Shown in pieces: positions 10,223-18,585 of a stretch of 64,000 bases of DNA. Under the pieces are notes generated by a model. The model saw only the letters and a program-made list of their open reading frames with translations. It had not been told where the DNA came from and did no database searches. The DNA lies in NCBI GenBank assembly GCA_963695225.1, contig OY968762.1, positions 1,120,001 through 1,184,000 of the forward strand. Direction: 5' to 3'. Made by a program: the position numbers and the translations under genes. Position 1 is the first letter of the stretch. Each line of letters opens with the position of its first letter. This DNA is from Vulcanimicrobiota bacterium (lineage in GTDB: Bacteria; Vulcanimicrobiota; Vulcanimicrobiia; Vulcanimicrobiales; Vulcanimicrobiaceae).

Positions 10223-10450
10223 CTATCACATCCTCCGAGATTCCCGTCGGCCGAAGACGGTCTGCGAGTTCCGAGACAACTCGCAGCCCGCGCCGGTTTC
10301 CGAAGCGCGCGACGCGGCTCTCTGCGGGCGCCGGGCAACCCGGATGCCGGGACCATTGCTAGGCGGGCCAAAAGACCTATCCGATTCGCGAAGGCCATTA
10401 AGGCGTGACTAACAAATCCGTCGCGTTAACCTAACGGCTGGAGGAACTCC

Positions 10451-11995
10451 ATGTCCGCATTTCGTCTGCTTGCGCAGATCGCGCCGGCCATTTTTGTCGT
10501 CGGACTCGCCGCTTGCAGCGGACAGGGCGGCATGCAGCAGTCCTCGAGCGTCCTCCCCGCGCAGCCGCCTGCGGCGGGCTCTCCGGCGCAGCAGCCGCTA
10601 GGCGTGGGGGCGGGTTCGCCGGCGACCGGGGAGGCTACGGTAAGCGCTCCGCTCTCCTCGACGCCCACGTCGTTCGCGATCCCGCTCTCGGGCGGCTACA
10701 GCGCGACGTTGAGCTTGCACGCGACGAGCGTTCCGCCCGGCACGAAGCTGCTGCTTGGCGTCCGCCAGCCGCCTGCCTTTGACGCGGCCGCGAGCGGCTC
10801 GCGGAGCGCCGCTTCGCTAACGGCGAAGACGTGCCCGGCAACGTTCACGATCCCGCTGTACAACCCGTTCCCGTTTGCGATCACGCTGCGCGTCGACGGT
10901 TTCACGCTGCATCTTCCCTGCACCGTGGGCGGGACGCTTTTCGGAGTGAGCTTCTATCAAGTGAAGCCCGCGCCCACGACCGTTTCGGCGCTGAAGGTCG
11001 GCGACGTCACGGCAAGCGGGAAATCGATCGTCTTCACGTCCGACGTCGCGAGCGTCACGCTGCCGCCCCACACGCAGACGGCGCTCAGCATCGTCCCCGA
11101 AAGCTCGACGAGCGAAGTCGCCGTTCCGATCGTTCCCGGCGCGAACACCGTGCTGACATCGAACGCGCCGTCGCTTCCGTCCACTCTGGCCTTGACCTAT
11201 GGGAGCAGCGGCGGCGGCGGATCGCTGTTCTCCTCCGCCTGTTTCCCGGCGTACGTCGCCGGAGTGCTCGCTCCGGCGTTGGCGGGCGTCCCGATCCTCG
11301 GAATACCGTCGTTCTACTGCCAACTCGGAACCGTCGATTCGCCGACGGTGCTGTTCGGAGCGCCGACGGTGACGTTCACGGTCGGTGCGCCGGCGCCGGA
11401 CCGCGTCTTCGTGGGGCTCGACGGACCGACTTCGGAAAATCTCTGCACGGAGAGCGGCACGACGACGTGCGTCACGCCGGCGTTCACCGTTCCGACGATC
11501 CAAAACGTGATCGTCGGAAACGTCGCCGATTTGCAAGTCTGCGTCCCCGCGACCGAGGGCACGAATTGCAACAGCAACGCCAACCCCGCGGCTTCACCCG
11601 CCCCTACCGCGACCTCCGTGCCGCACAATCACGAAGTGCAACTGCTGGTCGCGGACGACTCCACGTACACGGCCGTCCCCGGGACGTGCACGGCTCCGGC
11701 GATCTGCGGCGGCTACTCGGTCGATACGTCGGCCGGTTCGTGCGCGATCAACAACGGCCCGGACGAGAACAGCGACGTGCCGCCGCCGCCGCCGGCATAC
11801 AAGGATCCGGGCGGCCCGCAAGAGACCCCGCCCGTATCTTCGGGAACGTCCACCCACGCGATCTTCCACGCCGTGGGCCCGTATGCGGAGTTCGACCTGA
11901 TCGCCGGCAGCGCCGGGACGACCTGCAGCGTCACCGTGACCGAAACCGACGGCCCGCTCCTCCGCTCGGCGACCTACACGGTGAAGGTAAACTAG
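10451..11995 (+). CDS. Hypothetical lipoprotein (Pro/Thr/Ser- and Cys-rich, beta-rich)
   Basis: GGAGG RBS; lipobox LAAC. Confidence 0.75.
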   Translation: MSAFRLLAQIAPAIFVVGLAACSGQGGMQQSSSVLPAQPPAAGSPAQQPLGVGAGSPATGEATVSAPLSSTPTSFAIPLSGGYSATLSLHATSVPPGTKLLLGVRQPPAFDAAASGSRSAASLTAKTCPATFTIPLYNPFPFAITLRVDGFTLHLPCTVGGTLFGVSFYQVKPAPTTVSALKVGDVTASGKSIVFTSDVASVTLPPHTQTALSIVPESSTSEVAVPIVPGANTVLTSNAPSLPSTLALTYGSSGGGGSLFSSACFPAYVAGVLAPALAGVPILGIPSFYCQLGTVDSPTVLFGAPTVTFTVGAPAPDRVFVGLDGPTSENLCTESGTTTCVTPAFTVPTIQNVIVGNVADLQVCVPATEGTNCNSNANPAASPAPTATSVPHNHEVQLLVADDSTYTAVPGTCTAPAICGGYSVDTSAGSCAINNGPDENSDVPPPPPAYKDPGGPQETPPVSSGTSTHAIFHAVGPYAEFDLIAGSAGTTCSVTVTETDGPLLRSATYTVKVN

Positions 11996-12009
11996 CCCGC
12001 AGGCCTTCC

Positions 12010-15000
12010 TTAGATCTTCAGCGCGAGTCCGATTGCGGCTTCTTGCTCGAGCACGCTACCCGCCCGCGCCGCTTCCTCGAGCGCAGCGCTCTCGTGAGCC
12101 CCGCGCAGAGCGGCTTGCACCTTGTCGTAGAGCGATTGCTCCGTGTACTCGCGGTCGATGCCGAGTGCCGTCAGCCGCGCATCGACGAACCCGAGCAGCG
12201 TAGCGGCGATGCGCCGGCTTTCCCGCTCCGCAGGCTCGCGCAGAGCGGCGACGCCGGCGAGGTGCTGCAGCGCGAAGACGACGTCGATATCGCTCGGCGC
12301 ATCGTGCCGCTGCCGAATCAGCTCGCGTGCGTATGCGCGCACGTCGGCGAAATTCCCCACTTCCAGGCTGAAGGCGGCAAGATTGCACAGCAGCCACATG
12401 AGGACGTTCGTCTCGAGTCGCCGCGTGCGCGCGGCCTCCAGCCCTTCCATTCCGGCGGCGAGCGCGGCTCGAGCATCCCCGCACCGAAATTCCGCGTCGG
12501 CCAGGTTTCCGGCCGTCACCGCGACGTTGTAGTCGTCGCGGCTTTCCCGAAAGCTCGCCAGCGCCTGGGCAAAGAACTCGCGAGCCCCGGTGACGTCGTC
12601 CTTCAGCGCGCGCGCCGTCCCGAGATCGCGCAAGATGCCGCCGACGCGGCGAAACCCGAGCGCGCGAAGGCTCGTCAGCGATTCTCGCAGCAACTCCTCG
12701 CCTTCATCAGCCTCTCCGAGCAGCACCAGCGAACGCCCGGCCCAGCGGCGGGCGTTCGCCACCCCGCGCTCGTCGCCGAGCTGCTCGAAGATCGCGAGCG
12801 CGTGCCGTGCGGCGGCGAGCGCGGGGCGAATCTGACTCATCGTAGAGGCGAGCGTCGCCGCGGAGATCTCGAGGCGCGCGACGACCTTCGGCGGCGTTGA
12901 CGGCGAGACCGCGGCGAGCGCGCTCTCGACCCAGCGGCGCGCTTCCGCGGCCCTGAACGCGACGAGAACGCGCCGCAGCGTGGCGGCGAGCCGCTGCCCG
13001 ACCAGCACATCGCCGTGCTCGCCGAACGACCATGCGAGCGCGGCCAGGACGTTCTCGACTTCGCTCGCCGTTTGCTCGAGCCACGGCGCGTAATCGACTT
13101 CTTCGTAATCGCGTTCGAGTTGCTCGGCGAGTTCCGCGAAGGCTGCCGCGTGGCGGCCGGCGACTTCGGCGGCCTCGCCGCTTTGGATAGATTTCTCGCG
13201 GCCGTATTCGCGGATCGATTCGAGCACGCGGCAGCGCGCCTCCGCTTCCGAAGGCTCGGCCACCACCAGCGACTTGTCGACGAGCGACGCGAGCAGATCG
13301 AGAACGTCGAAATCGCTCGTCTCGGCGTTGGCGCAGACCACGCTCGCCGTCTGCATGGAGAAGCTCCCGGCGAAGACCGAGACGTCGCGGACGAGGCGCT
13401 GCTCCTGCGCGGAGAGCAGATCGTAGCTCCAATCGATGAGCGCGCGCATCGTCTGTTGGCGCGGCAGGGCCGTACGATCGCCCCCGGTGAGGACGCGAAA
13501 GCGCTCGTCGAGCTGCTTTGCGAGTTGGCTCGGCGAGAGCATGCGCATCCGCGCGGCCGCAAGCTCGATCGCGAGCGGAATGCCGTCCAACCGGCTGCAG
13601 ATTTCTACGACGACCGGCGCGTTTTCGTCGGTCAGCCGAAACGCGCGGTTCGAGGCGCGCGCGCGATCCCCGAACAATTCGATCGCGCCGTAGGCCAGCG
13701 CGGCTTCCGCGGCGATGGGCTTGCCGCGTTCCGGGACGGCGAGCGTCGGCATCTGGTAAACAGCCTCGCCCGCGACCTTCAAGAGCTCGCGGCTCGTCGC
13801 GACGATCTTGACGTCCGGACAACCGGCAAGAATGGCGGCCGCCGCTCTCGCCGCCTCGCCGATGACGTGCTCGCAGTTATCCAGCAAGAGCAGCGCGCGC
13901 TTGCGCTCCAACTGTGCGGTCAGCGTCTCGAGCACCGGCTTCCCCGGCAGCTCGCGCACGCCCACGGCGGTGGCGATTTCACCCGCAACGAGTGCGGGAT
14001 CGCGCAAGGGCGCCAAGTCGACGCACCAGACGCCGTCGTCGAAACGGTCGAGGAGGCGCGCGCCGATTTCCTGCGAGCAGCGAGTCTTGCCGAGGCCGCC
14101 CGCGCCGAACAGCGTGACGAGGCGCTCGCCCTCCAACAATCGCTCGATCTCCGCCACGACGTTCTCGCGTCCGACGAAGCTGGAGCGCTGCTGCGGCAAG
14201 TTCGTCGCATGCGTGCCGAGGGAGCGCAGCTTCGGGAATTCGGCCCGAAGCCCGGGAGCCGTAAGCTGGAACACTCGCTCCGGCGTCGACTGATCTTTGA
14301 GCCGGTGCTCGCCGAGATCCCGAAGTTCGGCACCCGCGGGAAGGCCGGAGGCCGCAATGGCGGCGGCGGTTCCGGAGACGAGCATCTGCCCGCCGTGGCC
14401 GATTGCAAGCAGCGCAGCGACGCGGTTCGGCGCCGGCCCGAAGTAGTCGCCGTCGCGTTCGTCGGACATTCCGACGTGCAACGCCATGCGCACGGGCAAG
14501 CCGCCGACGGCGGAAAAATCGGCTTCGGCCAAGGCGCGCTGCGCCGCAAGCGACGCGCCGACCGCTTCGTCGGCGCGCTGAAATACCGCGCAGAAACCGT
14601 CGCCGATCGTCTTGAAGACGTGCCCCCCGAATTCGGCGACAGCGGCGCGCAGCAAGGCATCGTGCGCCAGCACCGCAGCCTGCATCTCCGCCGGGCTCCG
14701 TTCCCAACGCGCGGCGGAACCTTCGATGTTGGTGAACAGGAAGGCAACGATCCCCGTAGGGAAGCGCGGCCTTTCAGCCGTCGCTTGCGACGACTTGCCG
14801 TTGGAAGGCGCGCCGGCCACATCCCCGGGGCCCACGCGCGCCGCGAGCAGCCCGCGACGAAGCCGGTCGAACCCTTCGGCCTGCGACGCCGGATCGGTGA
14901 TATCGGCGAATTGCAGGTCCGTGATGAAGCTCGGGATGCGTTCGGTGATCGGCTCGACGACGACGGGGAAGATCGGTTTCCCGCCCAACTCCGCTTGATT

Positions 15001-15228
15001 GAACTCGCGCAAACATTCGGGCGAACGCAGCCAATCGTCCGAGAGGCACGCGATGACGGCCTCGCAATTCGAGCCGATGTCGTTGAGAGCTTGCCGCCAC
15101 CGTTCGCCCGCATGGATGCTGTGCAGATCGAGGTAGATCTGCTCTAACTCCCAGCCTTGCTCGACGAGCCAATCGCGCACCGCGATCGCCTTCTCGTTAT
15201 TCCGGCTGGAATGGCTAATGAAGATCAC
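12010..15228 (-). CDS. TIR - class III nucleotide cyclase-like - STAND/NB-ARC-type ATPase - TPR protein
   Basis: TIR: IFISHSSRN..SDDWLRSPECLREF. Cyclase: FLFTNIEGS..KTIGDGF..RMALHVG..DYFG. P-loop GAGGLGKT, Walker B LLLLDNCEH, LDGIPLAIELAA, DWSYDLL, then helical repeats. Confidence 0.85.
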   Translation of the reverse strand: MIFISHSSRNNEKAIAVRDWLVEQGWELEQIYLDLHSIHAGERWRQALNDIGSNCEAVIACLSDDWLRSPECLREFNQAELGGKPIFPVVVEPITERIPSFITDLQFADITDPASQAEGFDRLRRGLLAARVGPGDVAGAPSNGKSSQATAERPRFPTGIVAFLFTNIEGSAARWERSPAEMQAAVLAHDALLRAAVAEFGGHVFKTIGDGFCAVFQRADEAVGASLAAQRALAEADFSAVGGLPVRMALHVGMSDERDGDYFGPAPNRVAALLAIGHGGQMLVSGTAAAIAASGLPAGAELRDLGEHRLKDQSTPERVFQLTAPGLRAEFPKLRSLGTHATNLPQQRSSFVGRENVVAEIERLLEGERLVTLFGAGGLGKTRCSQEIGARLLDRFDDGVWCVDLAPLRDPALVAGEIATAVGVRELPGKPVLETLTAQLERKRALLLLDNCEHVIGEAARAAAAILAGCPDVKIVATSRELLKVAGEAVYQMPTLAVPERGKPIAAEAALAYGAIELFGDRARASNRAFRLTDENAPVVVEICSRLDGIPLAIELAAARMRMLSPSQLAKQLDERFRVLTGGDRTALPRQQTMRALIDWSYDLLSAQEQRLVRDVSVFAGSFSMQTASVVCANAETSDFDVLDLLASLVDKSLVVAEPSEAEARCRVLESIREYGREKSIQSGEAAEVAGRHAAAFAELAEQLERDYEEVDYAPWLEQTASEVENVLAALAWSFGEHGDVLVGQRLAATLRRVLVAFRAAEARRWVESALAAVSPSTPPKVVARLEISAATLASTMSQIRPALAAARHALAIFEQLGDERGVANARRWAGRSLVLLGEADEGEELLRESLTSLRALGFRRVGGILRDLGTARALKDDVTGAREFFAQALASFRESRDDYNVAVTAGNLADAEFRCGDARAALAAGMEGLEAARTRRLETNVLMWLLCNLAAFSLEVGNFADVRAYARELIRQRHDAPSDIDVVFALQHLAGVAALREPAERESRRIAATLLGFVDARLTALGIDREYTEQSLYDKVQAALRGAHESAALEEAARAGSVLEQEAAIGLALKI

Positions 15229-15353
15229 GGGCGGCTCCGCCGGCCGCAGCGCATCGGCACGCCGATCCGCAGGTCGCGTTCATCATCCGTCTTCACCGCG
15301 CTAGCCTTCGACGGACTCCGCCGTTCACCGCCGGACGGCGCTCCAGCCGGGTG

Positions 15354-16844
15354 TTAGTGCCCGGGGACGAGCAAGTCGACGAAGCGCAGACCGAAGGCAA
15401 AGAGTGCCGAGCCGAGCAGCACGCAGACCGGAAGCGTCAGCACCCACGCGAGCAGGATGTTGCGTAGCGTCTCTCGTTGCAAGCCGGAGCCGTTCGCGGC
15501 CATCGTGCCCGCGACGCCGGAGGAGAGGATGTGCGTGGTGCTGACCGGCAGCCCGTAGCGGTCGGCCGCGAAGATCGTGAACATCGCGATCAGCTCTGCA
15601 CAAGCGCCTTGGCCGTACGTCAGGTGCGACTTGCCGATTTTCTCGCCGACCGTCACGACGATGCGCTTCCAGCCGATCATCGTACCGAAACCGAGCGCGA
15701 GAGCGACGGCGAACTTCACCCACACGGGGATGAACTTCGTGATCGATTCCAGCGAGGACTTGTACGCCTTCAGCTTGTCGGCCGAATCGGCGGGCAATAG
15801 CTTCTTCTTATCGAGCTTGCCGAGCGTCTCGCCGACGAGATAGAGATTCGAACGGAACGCGGCGCGCTCTTCGCTCGGGACGTCCTTGAGCGTTGTCTTC
15901 GAACCGAGCTCTTTCGTGATCTCCGCGTTGACGGCGGCGAGGGCCGGCAGGGTCTGCGGCGTTTGCTTGCCGTTCGCCTTGATGAACGCCGAAAGTTCCT
16001 TCGACGCGTCCTGCACGGAGAGTGCCGCGGGACCGCCGGCCATTCCGTCAAGCGATTGTTGCACCGAGACGCTCGCGGCCTGGATCTTGGCGATCGTGGC
16101 CGCCGGCAAATCCAAGTTGAGCGCGTAAACGGTCGGTACGATGCCGATCAGGATGAGCATGATCAGGCCCATCCCCTTCTGCCCGTCGTTCGAGCCATGC
16201 GCGAAGCTCACGCCGGTGCACGTGAGGACGAGCAACGCGCGAATCCACGGCGGGGGAGGCTTCGGGCCTTCGGGCGCGGTGTAGAGCTCAGGGCTCTTGA
16301 CCAGAAGCTTCAGCAGCAGCAGCAGAGCGCCGGCGCACACGAAGCCGATGACCGGCGAGATGAGCAACGCGGCAAACGTATCCTGAACTTTGCCCCAGTT
16401 GACGCCGTCGCCGAACGACTGGCCCTTCGTCAGCAGCGAGTTCGCCAGGCCGACGCCGACGATCGAACCGATCAGCGTGTGCGAACTCGAGGCGGGCAGC
16501 CCGAGATACCAGGTCCCCAAGTTCCATAAGATGGCGGAGACGAGCAGCGCGAACACCATCGCGAAGCCTGCATGCGAACCGACGTTCAACACGAGTTCGA
16601 CCGGGAGCAGCGCGATGATCCCGAACGCGACGAGCCCCGTCGAGAGCAGAACGCCGGTCAGATTCCAAAGGCCCGACCAGACCACCGCAACCCACGGCGG
16701 CAAGGTGTGCGTGTAAATGACGGTCGCGACCGCGTTCGCCGTGTCGTGAAACCCGTTCACGAACTCGAAGCTGAACGCCAGCAGCAGCGCGAGGACCAAC
16801 AGAACGAGCGTCCACCCGGTTAGGGAACCAAAGATATCTCCCAC
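15354..16844 (-). CDS. pit: Inorganic phosphate transporter, PiT family
   Basis: NGFHDTANAVAT, HGSNDGQK, PVSTTH. GTG 16844 preferred because TATAAT lies 7 nt upstream. Confidence 0.92.
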   Translation of the reverse strand: MGDIFGSLTGWTLVLLVLALLLAFSFEFVNGFHDTANAVATVIYTHTLPPWVAVVWSGLWNLTGVLLSTGLVAFGIIALLPVELVLNVGSHAGFAMVFALLVSAILWNLGTWYLGLPASSSHTLIGSIVGVGLANSLLTKGQSFGDGVNWGKVQDTFAALLISPVIGFVCAGALLLLLKLLVKSPELYTAPEGPKPPPPWIRALLVLTCTGVSFAHGSNDGQKGMGLIMLILIGIVPTVYALNLDLPAATIAKIQAASVSVQQSLDGMAGGPAALSVQDASKELSAFIKANGKQTPQTLPALAAVNAEITKELGSKTTLKDVPSEERAAFRSNLYLVGETLGKLDKKKLLPADSADKLKAYKSSLESITKFIPVWVKFAVALALGFGTMIGWKRIVVTVGEKIGKSHLTYGQGACAELIAMFTIFAADRYGLPVSTTHILSSGVAGTMAANGSGLQRETLRNILLAWVLTLPVCVLLGSALFAFGLRFVDLLVPGH

Positions 16845-16851
16845 GCGCCGG

Positions 16852-16897
16852 ATTATACGGGCTGGAAGATTAAGGCGCACTTAAGGTGAGCCTAAAG
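16852..16897 (-). promoter_or_regulatory. pit promoter: -10 TATAAT plus three 11-bp-period direct repeats (Pho-box-like)
   Basis: Minus strand reads CTTTAGG-n4-CCTTAAG-n4-CCTTAAT-n11-TATAAT. Confidence 0.6.
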
Positions 16898-16948
16898 TCT
16901 CGACTAGCCGAGCTTAATAAGACGAGGGCGCAAAGATTTGGGAGAACT

Positions 16949-17299
16949 TGGTGGAGCTGTCGGGGAACTGCCCCCCGAGTCCGAAAGGCCGGACTAACGC
17001 TTTCTCCAGGCTCAGTCTCGATTTTGTCTTAGGCCGGCGGTCTTCTTGAGACCGGAATTCCGTCGGCAGCAGTCCCTAAGTTTCGGATGACTGGCGGAAC
17101 GGGGTCCTCATCCTAGCCGAACTTGATGACGGATGGCGGGATGGTTCCGGCGACCTCCCGCATACCGTGGCTAACCTAGATTAGGCAGCCAGTGCGTATT
17201 CGTTGTTCGCGTGTAAACGCGTGCGATCGTTTTTGGAGAGCTCGCAACTCCGCCTGCTTACGTTACTCGCGGATCGATTCGTCGAACCTGTTCAGCCCC
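16949..17299 (-). ncRNA. ssrA: tmRNA (one-piece), tag peptide (A)ANNEYALAA* at 17210-17181
   Basis: 5' GGGGCTGAACAGGTTCGAC pairs with 3' CAGCTCC-ACCA including the G3:U pair; 351 nt; internal GCG AAC AAC GAA TAC GCA CTG GCT GCC TAA. Confidence 0.95.
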
Positions 17300-17376
17300 A
17301 TGTGGCGCCCGGACGCACCGTCCGGCGCTCCATCATACCATGCCCCGACCTCACCCGGAAGGCCGCAGGCGCCTCC

Positions 17377-18150
17377 TCACCCGACCGGCGCCTGCGAAGC
17401 CGCGTCCAGCGCCGCCACGTCCGTCCGGTCGACCACCATCGGCGTCACGCTGACGTAGCAGTCGCGAACCGCCGCCAGATCCGTCCCGTCCTCGATCTGC
17501 GACGGGTCGAACGAACCCCAGATCCAGTAGTACGATCCCCCGCGCGGATCGCGGCGCGGGTCGAGCCGGTCCCCGTACTTCTTGCGCCCCTGGCGCGTCC
17601 AACGCGCGCCGTTCAACTCCTCCGGCGGATGGTTCGGCACGTTCACGTTCAGGTACGTCCGCGGCGCGAGGCCCTCGCGCAGCACGTCGGCCCCGATCCG
17701 CAGCGCCGCTTCGACCGCGCTCTGCCAATGGTGGATCCGGCTGTGCTCGGGCCACGTCGCGGCCAGCGAGACCGCCAGCGACGGCACCCCGACGAGCGCG
17801 CCTTCGATCGCCGCCGCAACCGTCCCCGAATAGTTCACGTCGTCGCCGAGGTTCGCGCCGCGGTTGATCCCGCTGACCACGAGCGACGGCAGCCCCCCGC
17901 AGAGATCGAACGCGCCGATCACGACGCAGTCCGCGGGGGTGCCGGTACAGGCGAACGTGCGCACGTCCCGGTCCTTCACTTGCTGCACGCGGACCGGGTC
18001 GTGGATCGTCAGCGCGTGCCCCACGCCGCTGCGGTCGCGATCCGGCGCGACGACGGTCACCTGCCCGAGGTCACCGAGCGCGCGCGCCAGCACGATCAGC
18101 CCTTCGCTTTGGACGCCGTCGTCGTTCGTGACGAGAATCCGATGTTCCAA
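17377..18150 (-). CDS. surE: 5'/3'-nucleotidase SurE
   Basis: ILVTNDDG, GTPADCV, SGINRGANLG..YSGTVAAA. Confidence 0.95.
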   Translation of the reverse strand: MEHRILVTNDDGVQSEGLIVLARALGDLGQVTVVAPDRDRSGVGHALTIHDPVRVQQVKDRDVRTFACTGTPADCVVIGAFDLCGGLPSLVVSGINRGANLGDDVNYSGTVAAAIEGALVGVPSLAVSLAATWPEHSRIHHWQSAVEAALRIGADVLREGLAPRTYLNVNVPNHPPEELNGARWTRQGRKKYGDRLDPRRDPRGGSYYWIWGSFDPSQIEDGTDLAAVRDCYVSVTPMVVDRTDVAALDAASQAPVG

Positions 18151-18156
18151 GACCGC

Positions 18157-18510
18157 TTACGCCTCCGCCGCAGAGCGCAACCCGATCGCGCTGATCACCC
18201 ACGACACGATGCCCAGCAGCACCGAACCGATGATCCCCGCCAACAACCCGTCTACGTGGAAACCCGGAACGAGTCCCCCGACGAGCCAGAACGTCAACCC
18301 GTTCACGATGAAGATGAACAGTCCCAACGTCAAGATGATGAACGGCAACGAGAACAGCACCAGGATCGGCCGCACGATCGCGTTGACGACGCCGAATACG
18401 AGCGCCGCGAGCAAGAGCGCCAGCGTCGAATCCGCGTGCACGCCGCTGTAGAGCAGCGTCACCACCCAGAGCGCGAGCGCGTTCAAGAGAAAGCTGATGA
18501 GGAATTGCAC
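18157..18510 (-). CDS. YvlD/phage holin family 4TM membrane protein
   Basis: VNAIVRPILVLFSLPFIILTLGLFIFIVN; GTG start at 18510. Confidence 0.85.
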   Translation of the reverse strand: MQFLISFLLNALALWVVTLLYSGVHADSTLALLLAALVFGVVNAIVRPILVLFSLPFIILTLGLFIFIVNGLTFWLVGGLVPGFHVDGLLAGIIGSVLLGIVSWVISAIGLRSAAEA

Positions 18511-18585
18511 CGAGGGATCCTTCCTTCGAATGGCACCGAGCCACCCCACGCACCGCATAACCCGCGCGAGCGCCTTTTCGTCGCG

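Noticed and set aside
15305..15328. CCTTCGACGGACTCCGCCGTTCAC as a sixth REP-like copy
   Set aside because: Only the first 8 nt match well; too degenerate to call.
18157..18510. 'Phage holin' as a sign of prophage
   Set aside because: It is a YvlD-type membrane protein within the uvrC-surE housekeeping run, with no phage genes nearby.
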